A stretch of 64,000 nt of DNA from a virus (lineage: Duplodnaviria; Caudoviricetes), in the IMG/VR virus record IMGVR_UViG_3300021425_003554; one strand, given 5' to 3'. The notes beneath the pieces are model-generated. The model searched no databases and had not been told where the DNA came from. It saw nothing but the letters and a program-made list of their open reading frames with translations. Both the position numbers and the translations under genes were made by a program. Shown here piece after piece: positions 1 to 10,357 of the stretch. How positions within the stretch are numbered: position 1 is the first letter of the stretch; each line of letters starts with the position of its first letter.

Positions 1-990
1 GAACAAGCACCACAAACAGAGTTTGTTTCAAATCCAACATTTGTGGGGTCGTTTAATGACTGTGTTGTACATAGTTTGCCTTTTTTGATTACAAATGATA
101 ACCATCTGATCACAAATCATGTATGGCCTTTATTAGATAAAGTAAGGAACAAACCAAATAAATCACATAATTTATGGACAAAATGGGGAGACAATGTTGA
201 CATAGATCTTCCGTCAGTCTCAAAAGTTTTCAACGAAGAGCAAACCTATGTGTGGTTGCCTATCGACGAACCCAGTTCAGAAAATCCATGGCACATCTGG
301 ATAGATATTGTATCTAAATTTAGATTGGTGTTAAATGTTTGTAACAAACCCTTAAAAGATTTTGTTTTCATTTTAAGTAATGAAAGCAAGTATTTTAATC
401 GTGTTGTAAAAGAAATTTTTCCCAATATAAAATATCATGTGATGCCTAAACAATCAGTTTGGAAATTTAAACATTTGATAGTACCAACAATGAGCAATCA
501 CAAAGACGGCATACTTGTGCCCGACATGGCGACCTGGATTAGAAAAAATATACAAATTAAAAGTAGTGCTAACAACAGAAAAATTTTTATATCGAGAGAT
601 GATGCAGTTATTAGAAAATTAACAAATTCCGAGGAGTTGTTCATGTTCTTGAAAGGATGGGAAATAGTGACCTTATCAAAATTAACTATCAAAGAACAGA
701 TGAAAGTATTCGCAGAGGCTTCACACGTAATGAGCACACATGGTGCCGGTTTGACAAATCTTTTATGGTGTCAACCCGGAACCAAAGTATACGAATTAAG
801 TGTTCCAGAACAGATAACAAAAAAAGTTTATCCAGTATTAAGTTATTGCTTACATTTGAAGCATAAAGTAATATTAGGTGAATTAGTTAAACTTAATTTT
901 GACAAAAAACCTTCTAATATAAAACGTTTGAGAAACGACGGAAATATTAGAATAAATGTAAAAGATGTATTAGAAAAAATAAATCAATGA
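1..990 (+). CDS. Glycosyltransferase family 61 / DUF563-like protein (5' partial)
   Basis: Frame open from base 1; KIFISR, LSKLTIKEQMKVFAEA and STHGAGLTNLLW motifs typical of GT61. Confidence 0.8.
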   Translation, partial: EQAPQTEFVSNPTFVGSFNDCVVHSLPFLITNDNHLITNHVWPLLDKVRNKPNKSHNLWTKWGDNVDIDLPSVSKVFNEEQTYVWLPIDEPSSENPWHIWIDIVSKFRLVLNVCNKPLKDFVFILSNESKYFNRVVKEIFPNIKYHVMPKQSVWKFKHLIVPTMSNHKDGILVPDMATWIRKNIQIKSSANNRKIFISRDDAVIRKLTNSEELFMFLKGWEIVTLSKLTIKEQMKVFAEASHVMSTHGAGLTNLLWCQPGTKVYELSVPEQITKKVYPVLSYCLHLKHKVILGELVKLNFDKKPSNIKRLRNDGNIRINVKDVLEKINQ

Positions 991-1802
991 TTTACTTGAG
1001 CAATACCAACCGGAAAGTTACTGAAAAGTATATTGAATTTTTTCATAAAGGAATAAAAGATTCCTTAATAATTCCAACCAACGAGATATCGTCAAAGAAA
1101 GATATTGACGCTATTTGTTTTTTTGGTATTTTAAGAGGAACAAATTTAATTTGGGAATTTTGTAAAAAGAATAAAATCAATTTCTTTTACATGGATAGAC
1201 CGTATTGGGGAGAAAGCAGAACATCACCTCACTGGCTAAGGATAGTAAAAAACAACCATGTTAAAAATATGTTAGAGCAAAGACCCGATGACCGTTTTAA
1301 ACAATCGTATAAAGGAGATATAAAACCTTATCATAAAAGCGGTAAAAAAATATTAGTTTGTCCGCCAACCGAATCAATTGGTATTTTTTTTAATTGTACG
1401 AACTGGCTAGATGATACGTTGAAAATTCTTAGACAGCATACCGATAGAGAAATTTTAATTAGAGATAAGCCTTACAACCCGTCAGCATTTTTAGGAAAAG
1501 ACGGAATAATACACACAGGAAAAAATACCACTATGACAGACAAGGAAAAGATCAACTGGAATGACATCCATGCTGTGGTAACTTTTAATAGTTCAATAAC
1601 ACTCAAGGCATTGGCTAATGGAGTTCCGGTATTTACAGATGAAAACAATTGTGCTTTTCCAATAGCAGAAAAAGACTTTTCAAAAATTGAAAAACCATTG
1701 TATCAAGATCCCAGGCCGTTGTTTTACAGTCTTGCTTATGGTCAGTTTAATGCAAATGAAATGTCGGATGGAACAGCATGGAGAACATTAAATGGATGTT
1801 GA
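987..1802 (+). CDS. KpsS-like / GT-B-like polysaccharide-modification protein (paralog 1)
   Basis: KILVCPP, IRDKP, HAVVTFNSSITLKALANGVPVF C-terminal motif shared with 1792 and 4471 ORFs. Confidence 0.6.
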   Translation: MIYLSNTNRKVTEKYIEFFHKGIKDSLIIPTNEISSKKDIDAICFFGILRGTNLIWEFCKKNKINFFYMDRPYWGESRTSPHWLRIVKNNHVKNMLEQRPDDRFKQSYKGDIKPYHKSGKKILVCPPTESIGIFFNCTNWLDDTLKILRQHTDREILIRDKPYNPSAFLGKDGIIHTGKNTTMTDKEKINWNDIHAVVTFNSSITLKALANGVPVFTDENNCAFPIAEKDFSKIEKPLYQDPRPLFYSLAYGQFNANEMSDGTAWRTLNGC

Positions 1803-2775
1803 AATTTTTAGAAGAACAGTAAAAGATAGGAAAAGAGGAGCCAGTTGGAAATTACTAGAAGACATGGCCGACGGAATTCGTGCTTGTGGAGATAATCCAA
1901 TTATTATAAACAAAAATAAAGAAGGACCCACAGAACCGGGAGAAATGGTTCCAACCACAAAAATCTGTTGTATGTTTGGCTATGGTGGCACAAATCAAAA
2001 ACATCACACAAAAGGAAGACGTCTCGAACTTGTTAATAATGCAAAATCTAAAGGATCTTATGTTATAACATTCGATGGAGGAATTCTTTCTAGTTTTGGA
2101 AATACTATAACACACCCCGAACATCATTGGCGAGTATCTTTATTCAGTCCAATGAATAATGGAAATTTTTTATCGGATAATTCACCAAAGGACAGATGGG
2201 AAAATATGTGTAAAATTTGGAATGTCAAATACGAACCATGGAGAAAATCTAATACAAACGATCCAATATTGTTTGTTCTTCAGCCACAAGACAACTGGTC
2301 GATGAACGAATTAGATCCTATTAAATGGCTTAATGACGTGTATAATAAAATCAGACCGTTAACAAATCGACCGTTGATGGCTAGGCCACATCCAAATCAT
2401 ATGGCACAAATGATCAAAAGAAAAAACGAACTACCTAAAGATGTAGAACTATTAAGTGGACCGACTAGTTGGTCTGGGGATAATAAAAAATATTATAGAT
2501 TTAATTTTCAAGACGTAATTGCAAACTGTCATGCAGTAATAAGTCATAACTCAACTGCAACTGTTGATAGTTGTATTAGAGGAATTCCAACATTCTGTAC
2601 TTCGGATTTAGCATTATGTTGGCCTGTAGCAAATAAAGATCTAACAATGATAGAAACCCCAGAACTTCCTGATCGAACGCAATGGGTATATGATATAGGC
2701 TATAAGATGTGGAGTACTGAAGAAATCAAAAGTGGAAAAGTTTTTAAAAGATTCAAGGAAAAATTAGGATTATGA
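1792..2775 (+). CDS. KpsS-like / GT-B-like protein (paralog 2)
   Basis: RPHP, HAVISHNSTATVDSCIRGIPTF, W(S/T)xEEIxxG motif. Confidence 0.6.
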   Translation: MDVEIFRRTVKDRKRGASWKLLEDMADGIRACGDNPIIINKNKEGPTEPGEMVPTTKICCMFGYGGTNQKHHTKGRRLELVNNAKSKGSYVITFDGGILSSFGNTITHPEHHWRVSLFSPMNNGNFLSDNSPKDRWENMCKIWNVKYEPWRKSNTNDPILFVLQPQDNWSMNELDPIKWLNDVYNKIRPLTNRPLMARPHPNHMAQMIKRKNELPKDVELLSGPTSWSGDNKKYYRFNFQDVIANCHAVISHNSTATVDSCIRGIPTFCTSDLALCWPVANKDLTMIETPELPDRTQWVYDIGYKMWSTEEIKSGKVFKRFKEKLGL

Positions 2776-3551
2776 AATTTGCTAGATTCACTAGAATAGA
2801 ACAGGAATTAGAAAGTTGTGCTTTCTTAATTTTAAGTTTTCCTCGTTGTGGAAGAACATGGATGAAACATTTACTTGGTTATTATATTGAAAAAAAATAC
2901 GAAGTCCCTTTTACTAAATGGTTAGATAGACCTAGGAAAGGAATACCTCGTATTAGTTTTCGACACGATTTTATGAGCACCACAGGACATATCCCATGGG
3001 ACGTGTATTTTGAAATACAAGATAATAAAAAATTTATTTTTACGGACAGCATGAAACATAATAAAATTGTTTATCTTTTTAGAGATCCGTTGGATGTGTT
3101 ATTCAGTTATTGGCCTTACTTGCAAAGTATTCCATATAAAAATTTTACACCACCACAATATGAAAATATTTTAGACTTCGCACACGATAAAAAATGGGGT
3201 TTGAATATCATAATAAATTTTATGAATATGCAAGTTGAACACTATAAACAAAATACCAATAATAAACTTGTTATCAATTACGAAAATATGAAAAACAAAG
3301 ACACCGAATGGGAAAAATTAATCACTTTTATTTTTGGGGATTTTGATAAAAATATATTTCTTTATGCCAACGAACAAACGAAATTTTCTAAAATGCAAGA
3401 AAAAAATGATAAAAATAAGCCAGAAGATATAAGATTTTATAGACGCGGAGGTTCAAACTATATTAATGAATTACCAATATCACAACAAGAAATTTTAAAA
3501 AGTTGGCCGGGACTAAATCAAATTAAAAATAATATAAAAAATATAAGTTAA
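2772..3551 (+). CDS. Sulfotransferase domain protein
   Basis: 5'-PSB SFPRCGRTW, 3'-PB YLFRDPLDVLFSY, C-terminal FYRRGG. Confidence 0.85.
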   Translation: MKFARFTRIEQELESCAFLILSFPRCGRTWMKHLLGYYIEKKYEVPFTKWLDRPRKGIPRISFRHDFMSTTGHIPWDVYFEIQDNKKFIFTDSMKHNKIVYLFRDPLDVLFSYWPYLQSIPYKNFTPPQYENILDFAHDKKWGLNIIINFMNMQVEHYKQNTNNKLVINYENMKNKDTEWEKLITFIFGDFDKNIFLYANEQTKFSKMQEKNDKNKPEDIRFYRRGGSNYINELPISQQEILKSWPGLNQIKNNIKNIS

Positions 3552-3565
3552 ATATAAAAATCATA

Positions 3566-4474
3566 ATGAAAATTAAAGTAATAACATCGTACAAACCGGG
3601 TACCTGGGAACAATATTCTCGTAAAGGAATTGAAAGTATGGCTCATAATTTCCCGGCAGACGTTGATATAGTAGTATATGCAGAAGAACCAAAGCCTCAA
3701 TGCAGTTATGAAAGAATAAAATGGATTGATTTAAACTCCGCCGAACCAGAATTATTTAATTTTAAAAACAAACACAAACACGATCCTGTCGCCAACGGAG
3801 AACTTCAAGAGATACCAGGCGGTGTAAGAAGACCAATTGAGCTGAAAGACAAAGGTGGAAAAGATGCTACCAAAGGATCATTTTTATGGGCGGCTGTTCG
3901 ATTTGCTAACAAAGTGTTCTGTGTTATTAACGGTGTAAGAAATTCTAAAGATTACGATTATGTCATATGGGTCGATGCAGATACTTTTACATTTAGACCT
4001 GTACCAAAAAACTTTTTTGAATCTTTATTACCAGAAAACACCATGGTCACTTACCTAGGAAGAGAAAATCCCAATTTAAAGGATGGCGGAAAATATCCGG
4101 AATGTGGTTTTGTTGGTTATAATTTAAAACATCATGAGATACAAAATTTCGTAAACGAATGGGAACAACTTTATGTGACCGACGAAGTATTTAAATTATT
4201 GGAATGGCATGATTCATATGTGTTTTGGCATCTTGTAAAAAAATATCAAAAAGAAAAACATATAGCAGTCAACGATATAGGATACTGGAAAGGCATAAAA
4301 GGTCATCATGTTTTTGTTAATAGCGAACTTGGACTTTACATGGATCACATGAAAGGAAAAAGAAAAAAATTAGGGAGCAGTGCCAAAAATGATTTTAGAC
4401 AACAAAAATTAACAGATGTAAAAAACTTAACAGAAATAGAATACTGGACAAAAGTTCCACCAACATTAAAATGA
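3566..4474 (+). CDS. GT-A-fold nucleotide-diphospho-sugar transferase-like protein
   Basis: IWVDADT DxD motif, ECGFVGYNL, WHDSYVF, DHMKG. Confidence 0.7.
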   Translation: MKIKVITSYKPGTWEQYSRKGIESMAHNFPADVDIVVYAEEPKPQCSYERIKWIDLNSAEPELFNFKNKHKHDPVANGELQEIPGGVRRPIELKDKGGKDATKGSFLWAAVRFANKVFCVINGVRNSKDYDYVIWVDADTFTFRPVPKNFFESLLPENTMVTYLGRENPNLKDGGKYPECGFVGYNLKHHEIQNFVNEWEQLYVTDEVFKLLEWHDSYVFWHLVKKYQKEKHIAVNDIGYWKGIKGHHVFVNSELGLYMDHMKGKRKKLGSSAKNDFRQQKLTDVKNLTEIEYWTKVPPTLK

Positions 4475-5346
4475 AAATAGCAATCTTTCCAGAATACGGT
4501 AGTTTAAATTCAAAGCCTGTGTTTGATGCATTCATAAAACATCTACAAGAAAAAAATGAAAAGATTATGATTAACAAGTACGATAACACTTGTGATATTG
4601 CTGTTATATGGAGTGTGCTTTGGCGGGGAAGAATGGAAAAAAACAAGGAAGTTTGGGATTTTTTTAAAAAACATAATAAGCCAATAGTAGTATTAGAAGT
4701 GGGTGGAATCAAAAGAAATGTCACATGGAAAATGGGAATAAACGGAATTAATAGAGACGCCGATTTTGCCAATCATGTTTTTGATGACAAGAGATGGCCA
4801 AAATTTAATATAGAAATGAAACCATGGAAGAAAACTGGAAATGTCATTGTAATATGTGGACAACACGATACTAGTAACCAATGGGTAGGGCAACCCAAAA
4901 TGAATGTGTGGGTTGAACAACAAATAAAAGAAATAAGAAAATATACACAACGCCCGATCTTGGTTAGACCGCATCCTAGAAATCCTTTTGAATTAAAAAA
5001 TAAAACATGGCCCGCTGTAAGAATCAAACGTCCTATAAGAGATTTATCAACATACGACGATACAGATTTTAAAAAAACATTGACATCCACGTGGGCAGTT
5101 ATTAATCATTCTTCTAATCCTGCCATGGAATCTGTATTCAATGGTATACCTGTGTTTGTATCGGAATCTAGTTTATGTTATGACGTAGGAAATAGTTCAA
5201 TCACAGATATAGAACATCCGGCTATGCCAAACAGACAACAATGGGCAAATAAATTAGCATATACAGAATGGACAACTGACGAAATTAGAGACGGTATACC
5301 ATGGAGAAGAATTAGAGAAAGGTTGTTAGAAAAATACATTAAATAA
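4471..5346 (+). CDS. KpsS-like / GT-B-like protein (paralog 3)
   Basis: RPHP, WAVINHSSNPAMESVFNGIPVF, WTTDEIRDG. Confidence 0.6.
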   Translation: MKIAIFPEYGSLNSKPVFDAFIKHLQEKNEKIMINKYDNTCDIAVIWSVLWRGRMEKNKEVWDFFKKHNKPIVVLEVGGIKRNVTWKMGINGINRDADFANHVFDDKRWPKFNIEMKPWKKTGNVIVICGQHDTSNQWVGQPKMNVWVEQQIKEIRKYTQRPILVRPHPRNPFELKNKTWPAVRIKRPIRDLSTYDDTDFKKTLTSTWAVINHSSNPAMESVFNGIPVFVSESSLCYDVGNSSITDIEHPAMPNRQQWANKLAYTEWTTDEIRDGIPWRRIRERLLEKYIK

Positions 5347-5350
5347 AATT

Positions 5351-6094
5351 ATGAAAATAGTACATGATAAAAGAAAAGGTGTTATTGATCCGATTGAATG
5401 GGAACCTTATACAGGTGAAACAGTTATTGTGAGGACCGTGATAAAAGGTGGAAAGAAAACTCAAGAAACTGCTTTTTTTGAGGACAAAGTCAAAGCGGTT
5501 CCAACGGGAAATGCTTATTGTATCGGTAACGGACCAAGTCGTAAAAATTTTGATTTAACCTTATTAAAATCTACCGGACAAACGTATGGGTGTAATGCAT
5601 TATATAGAGATTTTACTCCAGACTATTTGTTTACAGTTGATAGACAAATGACAAAAGAAATTGTAGAAAATGAAGTTGATAAAAAAACTGTGTGTTATGC
5701 TCCTAGTTTGGAAGTAAATGCATATCCAGAAGCAAAATTAAATCTTATCCCGTACAACCAACACTATACCAGTGGTAATCAAGCCATATGGACAGCGGCC
5801 ATACACGGTCATAAAAATATCTACCTAATTGGATTTGATTTTAGAGAATACGGTAAGGGAGAACTAAACAACATTTATCAAGATTCAAAAAACTATGGAG
5901 AAAGAAATAGTGATATGATCTTTACCGAATGGTACAGCACTTTTCGAAAAATAATTAAACAACGACCTTATTGTAATTTTATAATTGTTCATGACAATCC
6001 TCCAAACTACTTGTACAATACTCAAACAGGAACAGATCTAGGCAATACTAAATTAATAACTTATAGAGAATTTACAGAGTCAATCCTAAATTAA
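5351..6094 (+). CDS. DUF115 / Maf / MptE-like protein
   Basis: IGNGPSR, YGCNALYRD, TSGNQA, IYLIGFD motifs. Confidence 0.65.
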   Translation: MKIVHDKRKGVIDPIEWEPYTGETVIVRTVIKGGKKTQETAFFEDKVKAVPTGNAYCIGNGPSRKNFDLTLLKSTGQTYGCNALYRDFTPDYLFTVDRQMTKEIVENEVDKKTVCYAPSLEVNAYPEAKLNLIPYNQHYTSGNQAIWTAAIHGHKNIYLIGFDFREYGKGELNNIYQDSKNYGERNSDMIFTEWYSTFRKIIKQRPYCNFIIVHDNPPNYLYNTQTGTDLGNTKLITYREFTESILN

Positions 6095-6548
6095 GTTTTT
6101 GTAGTTTGCTACGCCAACTGTAAAAGGATTTATTATGATTTGCTGTCTTGTCTTTTTTTATGGTCATTTGCCATAAATGAATCATTTCGTGTGCTAGTGT
6201 TTCAACAAAATCTTTCCAGGTAGGATACTTATAATTCATGTCTATATAATACTCGATAGAATGATGTTCTATATGAGGTATGTTTCCTTCCGGTACTTTT
6301 ACTACCCGAGCGTCCCAGGCACAGATACACTGCCCCCAGCAATCCTTTAATCTTCTTATGTAAAAAGGAGGCATTTTTAATGAGTTCTCAAATAGTCCTT
6401 TGTTTAATATATTGAACCAACTCTGACATTGTGCCACTGTTGGTCTATGATCCGTTACTTTGGCTCTTTTTTCTAGAGCATTTTTTACCTGATATCGCAC
6501 TTTTTTGAGTGCTAATTTTGATACTTTTTTTTGTTTTTTTAACTTCAT
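6072..6548 (-). CDS. SprT-like zinc metalloprotease
   Basis: TLAHEMIHLWQ (HExxH) and downstream HNKSF; start refined to ATG at 6548. Confidence 0.75.
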   Translation of the reverse strand: MKLKKQKKVSKLALKKVRYQVKNALEKRAKVTDHRPTVAQCQSWFNILNKGLFENSLKMPPFYIRRLKDCWGQCICAWDARVVKVPEGNIPHIEHHSIEYYIDMNYKYPTWKDFVETLAHEMIHLWQMTIKKDKTANHNKSFYSWRSKLQKLNLGLTL

Positions 6549-6570
6549 ATAAAGTACGCACATAATGGGT

Positions 6571-6600
6571 GGTTGACTTTATTACCATATGTGCTATAAT
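6571..6600 (+). promoter_or_regulatory. Early sigma70-type promoter
   Basis: GGTTGAC-N17-TATAAT with TGn extended -10. Confidence 0.8.
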
Positions 6601-6619
6601 ATAATTATCAAAAATTACC

Positions 6620-7945
6620 ATGCGTAAAACAACTAACATTTCTATATCAACAATTGAAGCCGCTATACGTGTTTTAGCGTATAATGAGTATTTTTGGGAA
6701 GGATTTCAACCTCATCATAAAGACAAAAAAACGGTGATAAGTTTAGCCGACTCGCCTTATACTTGGACAGAGAAACAGGCAAAACTGGCTTTGGCAATAC
6801 TAAAAAGATATCACACACTTTTTCAAAAATACCAAATTGACCTTTCTGACTTATTAAACAATCCCATATACGAAAATCCTTTTAGAATAATTGACTTTGT
6901 TAAATCAGTTGATGTTTATGTCGATGAAGAATTAAAGAAAGAAATTATTGAATTAAAATTTCCGTACGATGAAAAGATTATTAGACTGATAAGGTGCTTA
7001 AAAAATCATAAAACAGAAAGTCTATTACCAATGAGTTACGACGGAGAATCAAAAAAATGGATCATACCTTACACCGAAGTTACTTGTTATTATGTAACAT
7101 TGATAGCAGTGAGATATGACTTCAAAATTTTGAATACTGTTTTACTAGACGATTACGAGGAAATAAAAAAAGAAAAAATTTTATATAAAACTCCTTGTAT
7201 TAAATTTGAAAATAAAGAATTATCTATAGTAAACGGTAATGAAAATTTAGTAGACTGGTGGAACGAATATCAAAAGAAAAATATTTTACATCAATTTGAC
7301 GTAATAAAAAACTTACAAATTGATTCCTTAATACCTAAAATTGATTTAACCAATAACAAATTATCAGAAAAAATTGCTTTATCGATGAAAACAGATTTGT
7401 GGATAGATAGAACAAAATATTCAAAAGTAGATTTTTTAAAAGCATTAGAAGAATTAGATATGTTTCCAGCAATAGCACCCATGAGCGGACTTCTTGAAAA
7501 TTTTAAACAAGTAACCGAATTTGAAGAATGGTATGAAGCATTTTATAAAATGAACTATGATGTAAATCAAATAGCCTGGGGAGTAACACTAGAAGATCCG
7601 CCAGATGTTTATAATTCACAAAGAGAAAAAGATTTTGTGTATGCTGGAGACCCAGATTACATTTATGGTAAAGATACATCATTGAGCGATAGAATGTTGA
7701 TGCAGGATAGGTGGTTTAATATAGTGTTAGAATCTAAAGCATCAAAATACATAGACAAAAATACCAAAATTATAATTATTCGAAACAGAATACCAAGAAC
7801 ATTAATCAAATCAAAAGTAAAAATAAAATGTAGTTTTGCTTTACAAGATACCGTATTTTGGCCAACATCGTCGGAATCTATTAAGAGAATGGTTGATAAC
7901 CTTCCAAAAAGATTGTATTATATTAGTACAAAACCAAGTTTTTAA
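6620..7945 (+). CDS. Hypothetical phage protein (441 aa)
   Basis: Long ORF directly after a consensus promoter and before the helicase. Confidence 0.8.
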   Translation: MRKTTNISISTIEAAIRVLAYNEYFWEGFQPHHKDKKTVISLADSPYTWTEKQAKLALAILKRYHTLFQKYQIDLSDLLNNPIYENPFRIIDFVKSVDVYVDEELKKEIIELKFPYDEKIIRLIRCLKNHKTESLLPMSYDGESKKWIIPYTEVTCYYVTLIAVRYDFKILNTVLLDDYEEIKKEKILYKTPCIKFENKELSIVNGNENLVDWWNEYQKKNILHQFDVIKNLQIDSLIPKIDLTNNKLSEKIALSMKTDLWIDRTKYSKVDFLKALEELDMFPAIAPMSGLLENFKQVTEFEEWYEAFYKMNYDVNQIAWGVTLEDPPDVYNSQREKDFVYAGDPDYIYGKDTSLSDRMLMQDRWFNIVLESKASKYIDKNTKIIIIRNRIPRTLIKSKVKIKCSFALQDTVFWPTSSESIKRMVDNLPKRLYYISTKPSF

Positions 7946-7963
7946 AACTGATATAAAACAATT

Positions 7964-9433
7964 ATGAGTTCATGTAAATTAGTAATTAAGGATGAAGTGA
8001 ATGTTAAATTTGAAAATTTATCATTAGAGTTTCGTAAAAAATTACACAATAAATTTAAATTTGAGATTCCATATGCCCGTCATCTACCAGCAGTGAAATT
8101 AGGAAGATGGGATGGAAAAGTTAGTTTTTTTGGTTTGGGAGGTACCAGTTATCTAGCATTAGTGCCTCAAATTTTACCAATACTTGAAGAACATAATGTT
8201 TATGTCGACCTTAACGACGAGCGTGAAAATCATAATTTTGAATTTAAACTGATAGACAAAAATTATTTAAGTGATATTACTTGGCCCACAAATCATCCGT
8301 GTGGAGGACAACCGATAGAATTACGAGACTATCAAGTCGAAATAATTAATAAATTTTTAGAAAATCCTCAGTGTATACAAGAAGTTGCCACCGGTGCAGG
8401 TAAAACAATTATCACTGCCGCACTATGTAAACTAGTCGAAGATTACGGAAGAACATTAACAATAGTTCCAAATAAAAGTTTAGTAACACAAACCGAGGAC
8501 GATTTTCTTGCTTGTAATTTAGATGTGGGAGTTTATTATGGAGATCGCAAAGAACTAGGAAGACAAAACACAATAGCCACTTGGCAATCTCTTAATGTGC
8601 TAGAAAAAAGAAGTAAAGACGATCACTCTACTGAATTTTTAGAAGCAATACAAAATGTCAATACAATTATAGTTGACGAGGTACATATGGCCAAGGCCGA
8701 TGTTTTAAAAAGAATGTTGACGGGACCATTTGCTCATTGTGGTATACGTTGGGGTCTCACAGGAACAGTGCCTAAAGCAGATTTTGAATTTTATGGATTA
8801 AAATGTTCAATTGGTGAAGTTGTAAATAAAATACCCGCTAAAGAATTACAAGATAAAGGAGTGTTAGCAAAATGTGATGTAAATATTTTACAAACACAAG
8901 ATCATCCTGCATTTAAAAATTATCAAGAAGAATTAAAATGGCTGACAACAGATGAAACACGAATGGAATGGATTGCTAAAACTGTTGACAGTATAGCAAG
9001 TTCAGGTAATACATTAATTTTAGTTGATAGAATATCTGCTGGAGAGATTTTAGAAAAAAAATTGAAAGGATCAACTTTTATTTCGGGAGCAACAAAAAAT
9101 ATAGATAGAAAGGAACACTATGATGAAGTATCTACTGCAACAAATAAAATTATTATTGCCACATATGGAGTTGCCAGTGTTGGCATTAATATCCCTCGTA
9201 TTTTTAATTTGGTTCTTATAGAACCTGGTAAATCGTTTGTCAGAGTAATACAATCGATAGGACGAGGAATAAGAAAAGCCGAAGATAAAGATTCAGTACA
9301 AATCTGGGATATAACCAGTTCGTGTAAATTTGCAAAAAGACATTTAACTGAAAGAAAAAAGTTTTACAAAGAGGCAAATTACCCTTATAATATAGATAAA
9401 ATAAATTATGAAAATCCTTACATTAGAAAATAG
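7964..9433 (+). CDS. uvsW: SF2 DNA helicase, UvsW-like
   Basis: LRDYQ Q-motif, ATGAGKT Walker A, DEVH, GLTGT, QSIGRGIR motif VI. Confidence 0.85.
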   Translation: MSSCKLVIKDEVNVKFENLSLEFRKKLHNKFKFEIPYARHLPAVKLGRWDGKVSFFGLGGTSYLALVPQILPILEEHNVYVDLNDERENHNFEFKLIDKNYLSDITWPTNHPCGGQPIELRDYQVEIINKFLENPQCIQEVATGAGKTIITAALCKLVEDYGRTLTIVPNKSLVTQTEDDFLACNLDVGVYYGDRKELGRQNTIATWQSLNVLEKRSKDDHSTEFLEAIQNVNTIIVDEVHMAKADVLKRMLTGPFAHCGIRWGLTGTVPKADFEFYGLKCSIGEVVNKIPAKELQDKGVLAKCDVNILQTQDHPAFKNYQEELKWLTTDETRMEWIAKTVDSIASSGNTLILVDRISAGEILEKKLKGSTFISGATKNIDRKEHYDEVSTATNKIIIATYGVASVGINIPRIFNLVLIEPGKSFVRVIQSIGRGIRKAEDKDSVQIWDITSSCKFAKRHLTERKKFYKEANYPYNIDKINYENPYIRK

Positions 9434-9911
9434 AACATATACCTTAGAAAAAATACCAGAGTATGTTGACGATAATTTGAGATTTGCAGTTTTAGATAAT
9501 AGCAATCCTGCTGATCCAGATTATTTTTATGTGCCTTTAATTTTTTTAGAATCTTTTAATGCTCCGGCGGCTGTTTTGTCTATCGGAAACTACAAGATCA
9601 AAATGCCGTTAGATTGGAAAATGATTGTAGGTGATCCAGAGGAAGGCGAATTATTTGTTATGCCTATCACTAGTTTAAATGATAGAGGCTTTGAAGCATT
9701 TGTGTTTAATCCCATGACTAGTGCCAAACCCGAGTTTATGCTAGTTGATATAGAAGATATCTATCAAGAAGTAAAATGGTACTTTCCAAAGTTAAAATCA
9801 GGACAGATATTAGCAGTTCCGTTGGAGGACGGCAAGGATCCCAAGTGTGCTTATTTTGTTAAAGATATATCAAGACAGTCTGAACAACTGGATTATGGAT
9901 CGGTATGGTAA
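9408..9911 (+). CDS. Stand-alone degenerate Hint (intein-like) domain protein
   Basis: Beta-strand pattern resembling Hint blocks (MPLDWKMIVG, ITSLNDRG, IEDIYQEVKWYFPKL) without Cys1, block-B His or terminal Asn. Confidence 0.5.
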   Translation: MKILTLENRTYTLEKIPEYVDDNLRFAVLDNSNPADPDYFYVPLIFLESFNAPAAVLSIGNYKIKMPLDWKMIVGDPEEGELFVMPITSLNDRGFEAFVFNPMTSAKPEFMLVDIEDIYQEVKWYFPKLKSGQILAVPLEDGKDPKCAYFVKDISRQSEQLDYGSVW

Positions 9912-10357
9912 AAGAAAAAAATAGAAAATTTTTTGAGCTCAGGAATGGCATGAAAGCCGTTGATTTTCGTAATAAGGATTATTATGATCGTATCGATGAT
10001 AAAGAAAAAAGTTTATATTCTCCATATATGATCATGAGATATGCTAGTTCTGTATCCGGCGATAAATTTTATCAAGAACACTATGTTGAGATGATTAACG
10101 AGTGTGTTAACAAACATCTTTTTACGTTGTCCAGCAAACACAAAAAACTCTGCTGGATATTGACTGCCATGTGCGGTGGATTAAAACAACAGTTTCATCC
10201 ATGGGTCAAACCAATGAAGAAGACAGTTAATAAAAGTATGCAACAACTATTAGAAATATATCCTCATATGAAGGAAGACGATATTGAAACTCTTGACAAG
10301 ATATTAACCGATGCCGAGCTCGAAGAAATATTAGAATCATATGGAAAACAATCTTAA
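9905..10357 (+). CDS. Clamp-loader small subunit, T4 gp62-like
   Basis: YSPYMIMRYAS, VNKHLF, QFHPWVK pattern; replication-gene context. Confidence 0.6.
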   Translation: MVKEKNRKFFELRNGMKAVDFRNKDYYDRIDDKEKSLYSPYMIMRYASSVSGDKFYQEHYVEMINECVNKHLFTLSSKHKKLCWILTAMCGGLKQQFHPWVKPMKKTVNKSMQQLLEIYPHMKEDDIETLDKILTDAELEEILESYGKQS

